A stretch of DNA of 27,983 nt from Promethearchaeota archaeon (GTDB lineage Archaea; Asgardarchaeota; Lokiarchaeia; Sigyniarchaeales; SOKP01), in NCBI GenBank assembly GCA_004524535.1, contig SDNY01000044.1:1-27983 (forward strand), read 5' to 3'. Made by a program: the position numbers and the translations under genes. This document shows, piece after piece, positions 1-9,501 of the stretch (the first letter of the stretch is position 1; each line of letters opens with the position of its first letter). The notes beneath the pieces are model-generated. The model saw nothing but the letters and a program-made list of their open reading frames with translations. It had not been told where the DNA came from and did not search any database.

Positions 1-1
1 A

Positions 2-1645
2 ATTTTTGGTGCTAAAGTAGAAGCGAGAGGTCCATCATCCGTGGATTTATTACATCTAACTTCGGCTTATGAAACAATGGTTGCATCATGGCCAGATGTT
101 TTAAAACAATCTGGGGCCATCTGTAACGAGATGTCTATTGAAGAGATTATTAGAGAAGAAGATTTATTTGCGGCAGCAGCAAAAAGAGCAATTCAAGCAG
201 GATTTGACTTTATCGAGATTCATTCCGCCCATGCTACGTTACATTCTGCCTTTTTGGCACCTTATTCTAATGTAAGAACTGATAAATATGGAGGTTCTAC
301 AGAAAAGAGGTGTACTTTTTTATTAGAAACAATGGAAAAAATTAGAAACAGTATTGGTGATAAACCACCACTTTTTGTCCGATTATCTATAGATGAGTTA
401 TTACCAGATGGACTAAAGTTGGAAGAGTCAAAAAAAATTGCGAAAATAATAGAAAATGCTGGAGTAGATTGTATTGATGTAAGCCAAGGGAATATGATTC
501 GGAGTCCTATGGGCATTCAAATTCCCACATATTATAAGCATGGTGAATTTATTCATTTAGCAGAAGAAATAAAAAAGATAGTGAATGTTCCGGTTATCGG
601 TGTTGGAAGAATTGTTGATCCAAAAATGGCAGACGAATTTATACAGCAAGGTAAGGCAGATATCATTTATATGGGTCGGCAGCTTATTTGCGATGCGGAT
701 ACGCCGGTTAAATACTTTAACGGTCAATTAGATGATATTAAATATTGTATGGGATGTTTACAAGGATGTTCAGGGACGTGCGTTTATGACGCTTATAGCG
801 GGCAAAATTATACAGATCTCACCCCTTCATCTGATTTAAAGAAAATTGTGGTGTTGGGAGCCGGTATTGCGGGAATGGAAACCGCTAGAATAGCAAAACT
901 GCGAGGTCATGATGTAGAAATATTTGAGAAATCAGATAAGGTGGGTGGATTAATCCCTCTTGTAGCGATGGAATATAAAAAAGAAGAGTTCATGAACATA
1001 GTGAATTATTCAAAATTCCAATTAAAGAAATTAGAAGTGCCTATACATCTCAATAAAGAGTTAACTAAGGAAGAGATTATTGAGTTAAAACCTGATATAT
1101 TGGTCTTAGCAACCGGTACTGAAGCAACTATACCAAAGAATTTGGAAGGAACTCCAAATGTATTAACTCAAGATGAAGCTATTTTGAAAAGCAAGCCTAT
1201 TGGCAAAAATGTTGTAGTATGGGGCTTGGGGGCATATTGGAAAGGGGGACCAGAAACCGCAATAACTTTATTAGAACAAGGATATAATGTCAAAGCATTA
1301 ATGGGGTCAAACACCACTATAGCGACCGAAATGTTAATAGCAACGGGAAGGCGATTATGGATACTTGAGTATTTGAGAGATAATAAATTGCCGATTTACA
1401 CTAAAGCGAAATTATTGGACGTAACTGATAAAGGAGTAAAATTCCTTGACGAAAACAAGGAAGAACAATTTATTGAAGCTGATACCTTAGTGTATTGTGG
1501 CTCTCGAATTACAAAAGCTAAAAAGTTAAAAAAACATTTTGAAGGAGTTGCACCAGTAATTCAACTTATAGGAGATTGTAAAAGACCGAGAGATATTGCA
1601 CAAGCGATGAAAGACGCCCAAACTTTTGTTAGAAAATTAAAATAA
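2..1645 (+). CDS. Old Yellow Enzyme-family NADH:flavin oxidoreductase (FadH/BaiCD-like: TIM barrel, 4Fe-4S, FAD domain), 5'-partial
   Basis: The frame is open from base 2, upstream of the GTG at 41, so the gene starts left of the window. Motifs: AGFDFIEIHSAH, N-x-RTDKYGGS, CMGCLQGC-x3-C (Fe-S) and VVLGAGIAG (FAD). Confidence 0.9.
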   Translation: MFGAKVEARGPSSVDLLHLTSAYETMVASWPDVLKQSGAICNEMSIEEIIREEDLFAAAAKRAIQAGFDFIEIHSAHATLHSAFLAPYSNVRTDKYGGSTEKRCTFLLETMEKIRNSIGDKPPLFVRLSIDELLPDGLKLEESKKIAKIIENAGVDCIDVSQGNMIRSPMGIQIPTYYKHGEFIHLAEEIKKIVNVPVIGVGRIVDPKMADEFIQQGKADIIYMGRQLICDADTPVKYFNGQLDDIKYCMGCLQGCSGTCVYDAYSGQNYTDLTPSSDLKKIVVLGAGIAGMETARIAKLRGHDVEIFEKSDKVGGLIPLVAMEYKKEEFMNIVNYSKFQLKKLEVPIHLNKELTKEEIIELKPDILVLATGTEATIPKNLEGTPNVLTQDEAILKSKPIGKNVVVWGLGAYWKGGPETAITLLEQGYNVKALMGSNTTIATEMLIATGRRLWILEYLRDNKLPIYTKAKLLDVTDKGVKFLDENKEEQFIEADTLVYCGSRITKAKKLKKHFEGVAPVIQLIGDCKRPRDIAQAMKDAQTFVRKLK

Positions 1646-1657
1646 TTTTTTTTTTTT
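1646..1657 (+). terminator. Archaeal-type oligo-T terminator (T12)
   Basis: 12 T directly after the TAA, with no GC hairpin. Confidence 0.6.
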
Positions 1658-1739
1658 AATGGAGATTGAATATAATTGAAAATTTCTTTAGGTAAGAAAA
1701 ATTTTTAAATAAAAGATAAGAAAACAAGGAAAAAGAATT

Positions 1740-2105
1740 ATGAAACGAGAACCTTTATTTATTGATGGAAAATTAAACGCTGGAAAATGTAATGATTGCG
1801 GGGTGGTTAGATTTCCACGTAGAGATTACTGTAATTATTGTCAATCAACTAATATATCCGAGTATTTACTTGGACCGCAAGGCAAATTGGAGACGTTCAC
1901 AATCTCATACATGAAACCAATGATAGGAAGGATGAAACCACCATATCCTTACGGAGTGGCGATTTTCTTAACAGATGATGGACAGAAAATACATGTCATT
2001 GGGTTGATAGACTCTCAAGAGCCTTTCGAGGATGTTAAAATCGATAAGGGGTTAATTTTAATTGAAGATAAATTATTGATAAAATTTAAAATGGAGGCTG
2101 ATTGA
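1740..2105 (+). CDS. DUF35-family Zn-ribbon/OB-fold protein (acyl-CoA-binding thiolase partner)
   Basis: CNDC...FPRR..CNYC zinc ribbon, then GKLETFT and PYPYGV OB-fold motifs. Overlaps or abuts the downstream thiolase. Confidence 0.88.
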   Translation: MKREPLFIDGKLNAGKCNDCGVVRFPRRDYCNYCQSTNISEYLLGPQGKLETFTISYMKPMIGRMKPPYPYGVAIFLTDDGQKIHVIGLIDSQEPFEDVKIDKGLILIEDKLLIKFKMEAD

Positions 2106-3295
2106 AAAAAATGAGAAATGTAGCTGTTGTAGGAGTAGGCGTCTTCCCTTTTGGAAGACATAGCGATTTACTCTACCAAGAAATAGGCGTACCAGCAGTA
2201 AATGATGCAATTGAAGATGCAGGAATAGATAGAAAGCAAATTCAAAGTTGCTATGCAGGAACTGTTTCAGGTATGGGTACGGCTCATGATATTATTAATG
2301 AATGTGGAATGATAGGAATTCCAATTATAAGAGTAGAAAACGCATGCGTTTCAGGAACAAATGCTTTTCGACAAGCTTGGATGGAAATAGCTTCAGGTCT
2401 AAGTGATATATCTTTAGCCATCGGTATTGAAAAAATGAAAGACAGTTCTATGGCCGCTCAAGGAGGAGGAAGGATCCAATTAGAGATGAAAGCTATGATG
2501 AAACTTCCTATCGTGAGTACTTTTAGTATAATGGGATTACCGGGCTATTTTGCACTAGCAGCTCATCGACATATGAACGATTTTAACACAACCAAAGAAG
2601 ACCTTGCTAATGTAACAGTAAAAAGTAGAAGGAATGCATCGCGCAATCCTAAGGCAGAATTTCAAAACCCTATGACTGTTGAAGAAGTATTAAATGATAA
2701 AATGATAAATCCTCCATTAACCAGAAGTCAATGTTGCCCAAAAACCGATGGAGCTGCTGCAGCAATTCTTATGAGTGAAGAATTAGCTAAAAAATATACA
2801 GATACACCGGTGTGGATAAAAGCATCATCAATGACTTCTTCATATGTAGAAGAACAATTTAAAAATTTAATATCATTGCCGAATATTGAAAATGCTAAAA
2901 AAGCTTTTTCTATGGCAAAATTAGACCCTAAAGATTTTTTTAATAATGGATTTGCTGAAGTCCACGATTGCTTCTCAATTTCTGAACTTTTACATTACGA
3001 GGATTTTGGGTGGTGTAAAAAAGGTGAAGGTCCTAAAATGCTAAATGACGGAATTCCCGAAATTGATGGTGATCTCCCTATAAATCCATCGGGAGGATTA
3101 TTATCTTGTGGGCATCCCCTTGGAGCGACTGGTATTCGACAAGTTGCGGAAGTAGTTTATCAGATGCGAAAAGATAAAGAAGTTGCGAAACGTCAAATCC
3201 CTGATAAAAATTTAAATCTTGCATTAGCCCATACTATGGGAAGTCCTATCATGGGATTCACATCAGGAATTCACATATTTTCAAGAGATCTATAA
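2102..3295 (+). CDS. SCP2/SCP-x-type thiolase (acetyl-CoA acyltransferase family)
   Basis: ENACVSG (catalytic Cys), EVHDCF, NPSGGLLSCGHPLGATG. Start is either TTG 2102 (4-bp overlap with DUF35) or ATG 2111. GGAGG at 2093-2097. Confidence 0.9.
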   Translation: MKKMRNVAVVGVGVFPFGRHSDLLYQEIGVPAVNDAIEDAGIDRKQIQSCYAGTVSGMGTAHDIINECGMIGIPIIRVENACVSGTNAFRQAWMEIASGLSDISLAIGIEKMKDSSMAAQGGGRIQLEMKAMMKLPIVSTFSIMGLPGYFALAAHRHMNDFNTTKEDLANVTVKSRRNASRNPKAEFQNPMTVEEVLNDKMINPPLTRSQCCPKTDGAAAAILMSEELAKKYTDTPVWIKASSMTSSYVEEQFKNLISLPNIENAKKAFSMAKLDPKDFFNNGFAEVHDCFSISELLHYEDFGWCKKGEGPKMLNDGIPEIDGDLPINPSGGLLSCGHPLGATGIRQVAEVVYQMRKDKEVAKRQIPDKNLNLALAHTMGSPIMGFTSGIHIFSRDL

Positions 3296-3406
3296 AAAAT
3301 TAATAATATCTCTTTTTTTTTACATTTCATTTTTAAAATAAAGTAATCAAATGTAGATGGGGTAATACGTTATTATAACAGATTTTATCAAATATAATTA
3401 AACTAA

Positions 3407-3450
3407 TATATAAAGCTTTTTTAATGCATTTTAATGAATGAAAATGGTGA
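3407..3450 (+). promoter_or_regulatory. Putative TATA box and SD of the first CoA ligase
   Basis: TATATAAA at 3407-3414. GGTGA at 3446-3450, 6 nt before ATG 3457. Confidence 0.45.
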
Positions 3451-3456
3451 AAAATC

Positions 3457-5121
3457 ATGTCAACAAAAAGATTTAGACTCTCAAGAAAGGCCGTGTTAAA
3501 AGATGTTATAAAACACAAAGCGGAAACTGTTGGAGATAAAGTTTTTCTGACATATATTAGAGATTTTGATAAAGGCATCGATGAAAAATATACCTACAAA
3601 GAAATGCATTTAAAATCAAATCGTTTAGCAAATGGATTGATGAATCTCGGAATAAAAAAAGGGGACGGTATTGCCCTAATGGAAATTAATTCTCCCGAGT
3701 TTTTATTAACTATTTTTGCCACCTTCAAGATGGGTGCTTATACTGTTTTGGTTAATATTGCGTTGCGAGGCGATGGTTTAAAATATATTATAGATCATTC
3801 TAATGCGTCAGCTATCATTATCCATTGGACCCTTATTGATGCATTTTTGGAAATCAAAAGCCAAATACCCGCGATTAAACATGTTATTGTCGATATTAGT
3901 GAAGCACCAGCAGATTTTAAATTACCTGAGGGATCAATATCATTCCAAGAAGTAATGCAAGCACCTGATGACGAAATAAATATAGAGCTTAGTCATGATG
4001 ATTTGAGTTTGTTAATGTATACAGCAGGGACGACAGGTTTACCAAAAGCAATAATGTTTTGGCAAGGCAAATTGATTGGAGGCATGAATGTTCAAACCCT
4101 TGTCAGTATAGCTAAATTATTTGGTAGTGGCCCTGATGATATTCTTTACACTAGTTTACCCTTATTTCATGCGAATGCATTATTTCTGACAACTTTGCCA
4201 GCTTTTTTTGAGCAGAAACCTTTAATTCTAGCGAAACGATTCAGCGCTAGCCGGCATTGGGATATTTGTCGCGAATATGGGATTACATTCTTTAACTCAC
4301 TTGGTGCAATGATCCCTATTTTAATGAAGCAACCCGAACGATCAAATGATAAAGAACATAATGTAAGAAATGTATATTCTGCAGCTTGCCCTAAAGAATT
4401 ATGGGTTGCTTTTGAAAAGAGATTTGGTATAAAAATTATAGAATTCTATGCTGCTTCAGACGGAGGTGGATTTATGCTTACAACACAAGGACAAGAAGAT
4501 ATTCCTGTAGGATCTATGGGAAAACCACCGGTGGGTATGGGTGCTGATATCATGGATGATGATGGAAATATTCTGGAACCAGAAGAAGTTGGAGAATTAG
4601 TTTTCTTAGTTAGGGAGTCGGAAATTAATCAAAGAAAAGTGAAATATTATAAAGATGATAAAGCCTCAGAGAATTTAATACGAGAAGGTAAAGATGGACA
4701 AAACTGGTTTCATACAGGCGATTTAGCGTATAAAGACAAAGAAGGATGGTTCTATTTCGTTGATAGAAAAAAGGATTCAATTAGAAGACGCGGTGAAAAT
4801 ATTGCTTCTTATAGTATTGAAAAGATAATTAATTTAAACGACAAAATTTTGGAAGCGGCAGCTTACGGTATCAAATCAGAACTAGGCGAAGATGAGATAA
4901 TGGTTGCCATTGTTTTAAAACCAGGGGAAACCATGACTCCTGAGGGACTATTAAATTTCTGTCAAGGAAAGATGGCAAATTTTATGATACCTAGATATAT
5001 TGATTTTGTCGATATGCTTCCTAAGAACGAAGTGCATAGAATATTAAAGCGTATTCTCAAAGAACGTGGAGTAACAGAAAGTACTTATGATAGAGAAAAG
5101 GCAGGATATGTTTTAAAATAA
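3457..5121 (+). CDS. AMP-forming acyl-CoA synthetase, CaiC (crotonobetaine/carnitine-CoA ligase)-like, paralogue 1
   Basis: YTAGTTGLPK P-loop, LPLFHANA, WFHTGD, FVDRKKDSIRRRGENI. Confidence 0.9.
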   Translation: MSTKRFRLSRKAVLKDVIKHKAETVGDKVFLTYIRDFDKGIDEKYTYKEMHLKSNRLANGLMNLGIKKGDGIALMEINSPEFLLTIFATFKMGAYTVLVNIALRGDGLKYIIDHSNASAIIIHWTLIDAFLEIKSQIPAIKHVIVDISEAPADFKLPEGSISFQEVMQAPDDEINIELSHDDLSLLMYTAGTTGLPKAIMFWQGKLIGGMNVQTLVSIAKLFGSGPDDILYTSLPLFHANALFLTTLPAFFEQKPLILAKRFSASRHWDICREYGITFFNSLGAMIPILMKQPERSNDKEHNVRNVYSAACPKELWVAFEKRFGIKIIEFYAASDGGGFMLTTQGQEDIPVGSMGKPPVGMGADIMDDDGNILEPEEVGELVFLVRESEINQRKVKYYKDDKASENLIREGKDGQNWFHTGDLAYKDKEGWFYFVDRKKDSIRRRGENIASYSIEKIINLNDKILEAAAYGIKSELGEDEIMVAIVLKPGETMTPEGLLNFCQGKMANFMIPRYIDFVDMLPKNEVHRILKRILKERGVTESTYDREKAGYVLK

Positions 5122-5130
5122 AGATTAATA

Positions 5131-5142
5131 TTTTTTTTTTTT
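5131..5142 (+). terminator. Oligo-T terminator (T12)
   Basis: 12 T starting 10 nt after the ligase stop codon. Confidence 0.6.
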
Positions 5143-5191
5143 AAATTTTAGGTATTAGGTATAATTAAAGGATAATGTAAAATAATAAGGA

Positions 5192-5205
5192 TTTTCAATA
5201 ATTAT
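5192..5205 (+). promoter_or_regulatory. TTCAATAATT motif copy (candidate regulator site)
   Basis: TTTTCAATAATTAT upstream of thiolase 5253. The same 10-mer recurs at 7625 (rc), 7656, 17493 (rc) and 19299. Confidence 0.4.
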
Positions 5206-5252
5206 GCATTTTTAATTTTAAAAGAAATAATAAATCGAAAAAGTAGGAAGAA

Positions 5253-6506
5253 ATGAGCGACAAAGTTTATGTATTTGGTGTTGGAATGACCAAGTTTGGG
5301 AAATTTCTTGATAAAAGTATTAAGAAATTTACAGGCGAAGCACTTGATTCGGTCCTAGAGGACTGTCAAAATGAAATAAATTTGAGTGATATTGAGGCTG
5401 CTTGGTTTTCCAATACATGTTGGGGAATGTATGATTTTCAGCATAGCATTCGAGGTCAAGTTGCACTTAGCGCCAACCGTCTTGATAAAATACCCATAAT
5501 AAATGTGGAAAATGCGTGTGCCAGTGGGAGCACTGCTTTCCATGGAGCGTGGGCGACAATTAAAGCGGGTCTCTATGACTGTGCGCTGGCTATAGGTGTT
5601 GAAAAAGTATATAACGAAGATCGTGCTAAGATGATGAAAGGATTTATAACATACACGGATGTGGAGAAAACAACTAAAATGATAGAGCAATTGAAAAAGA
5701 TGGCTGAAAAAAAAAAGGCGATGGATGCTAAAAAACAAGGAACTGAAGAAAGAAAAGGGAAAAAAGGGGGACATTCTGCATTCATGGATCTATATGCAGT
5801 TGCAGCTCGTCAACATATGAAACAGCATGGAACTACACAAAGACACTTGGCTGTAGTTGCTGCTAAGAACCATAATAATTCAACACTAAATCCTCTTGCC
5901 CAATACACATTCCCCATGACTGTAGAGCAAGTTTTGGAAGATTATGAAGTTGCTTATCCTCTGACCAGATCGATGTGTGCACCAGTTGGAGATGGTGCTG
6001 CGGCAGCTATTTTATGCTCGGAGAAATTTTTAAAACAACATCCAAATACAAGAGCTGTCCTAATACGAGCATCGGTTTTGCAGTCTGGATCATGGAGAAA
6101 AGACGATATAGCTAAGAGGGCTTCTAATATCGCCTATAAAATGTCTGGTCTTGAGCCTAAAGATATAAATGTGGCTGAGGTTCACGATGCTACGGCGTTT
6201 GGGGAAATTCACCAAATTGAGCAAATGGGATTTTGTCCCGTAGGAGAAGGTGGACCATTTACTGAGAGTGGCGCAACTGCTCTTGATGGAAAGATTCCTA
6301 TAAATCCAAGCGGAGGATTACTATCCCGAGGACATCCACTCGGTGCGTCAGGCTTGGCACAAATTTATGAATTGGTGGTTCAATTGCGTGGAGAAGCTGG
6401 CAAAAGACAAGTTGACAACCATAAATTTGCTTTGGCTGAGAATGGTGGTGGCAATATAGGTGTTGGTGAGGCAGCCATGTGTGTAAATATCTTCGAAAAT
6501 GTATGA
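5253..6506 (+). CDS. SCP2-type thiolase, second copy
   Basis: ENACASG, EVHDAT, NPSGGLLSRGHPLGASG, C-terminal AENGGG. Confidence 0.9.
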   Translation: MSDKVYVFGVGMTKFGKFLDKSIKKFTGEALDSVLEDCQNEINLSDIEAAWFSNTCWGMYDFQHSIRGQVALSANRLDKIPIINVENACASGSTAFHGAWATIKAGLYDCALAIGVEKVYNEDRAKMMKGFITYTDVEKTTKMIEQLKKMAEKKKAMDAKKQGTEERKGKKGGHSAFMDLYAVAARQHMKQHGTTQRHLAVVAAKNHNNSTLNPLAQYTFPMTVEQVLEDYEVAYPLTRSMCAPVGDGAAAAILCSEKFLKQHPNTRAVLIRASVLQSGSWRKDDIAKRASNIAYKMSGLEPKDINVAEVHDATAFGEIHQIEQMGFCPVGEGGPFTESGATALDGKIPINPSGGLLSRGHPLGASGLAQIYELVVQLRGEAGKRQVDNHKFALAENGGGNIGVGEAAMCVNIFENV

Positions 6507-6569
6507 TATTCATAAACACAAATACTTAATAAAAATAAAAAAAAAAACGTAATTTTTTAATTTAAAATT

Positions 6570-7586
6570 TTATTCCTGTATTTCAGGACCATCTGCTCCT
6601 TCCCGGTACCATGTTACTGGTCGATATTCTCTAGGGACAATACCTTCTTGTTTGAATACAGGATATCCAAGACATAGAGAAGTTATGGGACTCCAAGGCT
6701 TTTTAATACCAAGTTTTTTCTTTAAAGATCTAACTTGGTTAAGGAATTTTGCAAAAAATCCATTCCAACAAGCCTTAATACCTAAAGAGTTCGCCACTAA
6801 GTTCATGTTTTCTCCGGCTATACCAATATTTAAATCTGCTCCCGAAATCGCGCGTTCATCCCCGAGTATTAGGATAACACATGGAGCAGCCAGAGAAACA
6901 GCTTCTTCCCCCATTCTAGTAACAGATCCCATTCCACCTAAAATAACTCGTGGATCAACGTTACCAGGCCCAAGTAGAGGGTCCTCGATTAGAGGTACTA
7001 AATTCTTTACCATATTATCATCCAAATATGCTTTATACATAAAGCTTAGAAGTTTATAAACTTCTTTATCTATCTTTTCGATTAGGGCTTTATTTGTAAT
7101 CACAATAAACTTCCATGGCTGACAATTACCCGCACTTGGAGCGAATCGTCCTGCTTCCAGAACTCTTTGAATTAAAGACTCAGGGATAGGTTTATCCTTG
7201 AAATTTCTCACACTTCGTCTTTCAAAAATTGCTTTTTCAATGGCGTTCCATTCTGTTGGATTTCCTTCCTCATCCTTTGCCTCAAGAGGCATTTTAGCTG
7301 GTAATGGATAAGAATCAGTTTTCCAATACCCATTAGTTACATGGTAAGGTTCAACTATTATGATCGCATCATTAGGACAGGCCACCTTACAATTATAACA
7401 ACTAAAGCATTCATATTGTTCTTTCATTGCTGGAAAACCGCCTTCATCTTCTTCCCAAGCTCGGAAGGGGCAATTTATCATACACAATCCACATTTGGTG
7501 CATTTATCGTGGTCTACCTTCATTATTCCCATGTGAACATCTTTCTTATCAGGTCGTAAAATCTCTTTTACATCTTCCCAAGGCAT
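6570..7586 (-). CDS. Nitroreductase-family flavoprotein with N-terminal 2x[4Fe-4S] ferredoxin domain
   Basis: CTKCGLCMINCP and CFSCYNCKVACP. RRSVRNF and APSAGNCQPW are FMN-binding motifs. A-run at 6537-6547 is a minus-strand T tract downstream. Confidence 0.9.
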   Translation of the reverse strand: MPWEDVKEILRPDKKDVHMGIMKVDHDKCTKCGLCMINCPFRAWEEDEGGFPAMKEQYECFSCYNCKVACPNDAIIIVEPYHVTNGYWKTDSYPLPAKMPLEAKDEEGNPTEWNAIEKAIFERRSVRNFKDKPIPESLIQRVLEAGRFAPSAGNCQPWKFIVITNKALIEKIDKEVYKLLSFMYKAYLDDNMVKNLVPLIEDPLLGPGNVDPRVILGGMGSVTRMGEEAVSLAAPCVILILGDERAISGADLNIGIAGENMNLVANSLGIKACWNGFFAKFLNQVRSLKKKLGIKKPWSPITSLCLGYPVFKQEGIVPREYRPVTWYREGADGPEIQE

Positions 7587-7624
7587 AATTCATCTATTCC
7601 TATTAATAACTAATAAATATATTA

Positions 7625-7665
7625 AATTATTGAAATATTTAAAAGAAATGTCTTTTTCAATAATT
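7625..7665. repeat. 11-bp perfect inverted repeat with 19-bp spacer in a divergent promoter
   Basis: AATTATTGAAA (7625-7635) and TTTCAATAATT (7655-7665) are exact reverse complements. Confidence 0.7.
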
Positions 7666-7691
7666 AATTCAAAAAATAAAAAGGATTCAAA

Positions 7692-9365
7692 ATGTCAGCA
7701 AAGAAAAAATTTAGAGTGACAAGAAGAACACTACTAAGAGATATTATTCAACATAATGCAGAAACGATTGGTGACAAGGTTTACATGACATATCTTAGAG
7801 ATTTCGATAATAATATTGAAGAAAAATATACTTATAGAGATATGCATTTACTATCTAATCGCTTAGGAAATGGTCTTTTAAATTTAGGACTGAAAAAAGG
7901 GGAAGGTGTAGCTTTAATGGAAATTAACTCTCCTGAATTTTTACTGACTATTTTTGCCACATTCAAAACCGGTATGTATTCCGTTATGATTAACATTTCC
8001 TTAAGGGGGGATGGTTTAAAATTTATTATAGAACATTCTGATGCATCGGCAATCATTATTCACTGGTCTTTATTACAAGCATTTTTAGATATTAAAGATC
8101 AACTGCCCAAAATTAGATATGTCATAGTTGATATTAATGAAGCACCGGCGGATTTTAAATTGCCCGAAGGAATTGTATCTCTCCAAGAAGTTATGCAAGC
8201 ATCAGATGAGGATATTGATATAGAGATTAGTCTTGATGACATGGCAATGTTAATGTATACTGCGGGAACGACTGGTCTGCCCAAAGCAATACAATTTTGG
8301 CAAGGAAAATTGTTGGGAGGTCTTAGTATCCAAACACTTATGAGTCTTGTGAAAATGATGGCTCAATCTGATGATGTTCTCTTTACTGCCTTACCCCTAT
8401 TCCATTCGAACGCATTATTTTTAACGAGTTTAGCCGCCTACTTTGCCGAAAGGCCTTTAATTCTCGGTAAAAAATTTTCAGCAAGCCGTCATTGGGATAT
8501 TTGCCGTAAATATGGTGTTACTACTTTTAACACCTTAGGAGCAATGGTCACATTTTTAATGAAGCAACCAGAGAGACCAAACGATAAAGAACATAATATA
8601 AGAGCAATAAATACTGCTGCTTGCCCCAAAGAGTTATGGGTCGCTTTTGAAGAGAGATTTGGTGTAAAAATCCATGAAGCTTATGGGGCAACGGACGGAG
8701 GAGGATTTATGCTTAGTTCTTTTGGGCGTGATGATCAACCTGTAGGATCTATGGGTAGACCAATGGCTGGAGTTGTTGCAGAAGTTATGGATGATAACGG
8801 CGTTATTCTTCCAGAACCAGAAAAAGTGGGAGAATTAGTTTTCCTAATTAGGGATTCGGAAATTAAACAAAGAGAAGTAAAATATTTTAAAGACGAGAGT
8901 GCCTCAAAAAGTCTAATTCAAAAGGGCGCAGATGGTCAATTATGGTTCCATACAGGTGATTTGGCATATAAAGATAAAGATGACTGGTTCTTTTTCGTTG
9001 ATAGAAAAAAGGATTCAATTCGTAGACATGGTGAAAACATAGCATCTTTTAGTATAGAAAATATTATAAATCAAAATGAAAAAATATTAGAAGTGGCTGC
9101 CTATGGTGTTAAAACTGAGGTGGGCGAAGATGAAGTAATGGTTTCCGTTGTTTTAAAACCGGGTCAATCCATGACTCCAGAGGAACTTTTAGATTTCTGT
9201 CAAGGTAAAATGGCGTATTTCATGATACCTAGATATATTGATTTCGTTGAAGAGCTTCCTAAAAGTGAAGTTCACCGAGTATTAAAGCGTTTTCTCAAAG
9301 AACGTGGAGTAACACCAACCACTTACGATAGAGAAAAGGCTGGATATGAGATAAAACGAGACTAA
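7692..9365 (+). CDS. AMP-forming acyl-CoA synthetase, CaiC-like, paralogue 2
   Basis: YTAGTTGLPK, LPLFHSNA, WFHTGD. Collinear with 3457..5121, with long identical blocks such as ALMEINSPEFLLTIFATFK. Confidence 0.9.
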   Translation: MSAKKKFRVTRRTLLRDIIQHNAETIGDKVYMTYLRDFDNNIEEKYTYRDMHLLSNRLGNGLLNLGLKKGEGVALMEINSPEFLLTIFATFKTGMYSVMINISLRGDGLKFIIEHSDASAIIIHWSLLQAFLDIKDQLPKIRYVIVDINEAPADFKLPEGIVSLQEVMQASDEDIDIEISLDDMAMLMYTAGTTGLPKAIQFWQGKLLGGLSIQTLMSLVKMMAQSDDVLFTALPLFHSNALFLTSLAAYFAERPLILGKKFSASRHWDICRKYGVTTFNTLGAMVTFLMKQPERPNDKEHNIRAINTAACPKELWVAFEERFGVKIHEAYGATDGGGFMLSSFGRDDQPVGSMGRPMAGVVAEVMDDNGVILPEPEKVGELVFLIRDSEIKQREVKYFKDESASKSLIQKGADGQLWFHTGDLAYKDKDDWFFFVDRKKDSIRRHGENIASFSIENIINQNEKILEVAAYGVKTEVGEDEVMVSVVLKPGQSMTPEELLDFCQGKMAYFMIPRYIDFVEELPKSEVHRVLKRFLKERGVTPTTYDREKAGYEIKRD

Positions 9366-9501
9366 TATTTTTTTTCTTTTTAATATAAAAATGTAAAATT
9401 TTTAAAATAATTTTAAAAAAGAAATTGAACTCTGTATTATTTAGAATCAAATTATTTCTGTCATATATATCAAAATATAATAATACCAACAAGAAATCTA
9501 C

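Noticed and set aside
3333-3578. Minus-strand 81-aa ORF extending into the intergenic region
   Set aside because: It overlaps the ligase start and promoter, has AT-driven composition and shows no motif.
3424-5216. ATGCATTTT(T)AAT upstream of both ligase 1 (3424) and thiolase 2 (5204)
   Set aside because: Only two imperfect copies in AT-rich DNA, and ATGCATTT also occurs inside coding sequence.
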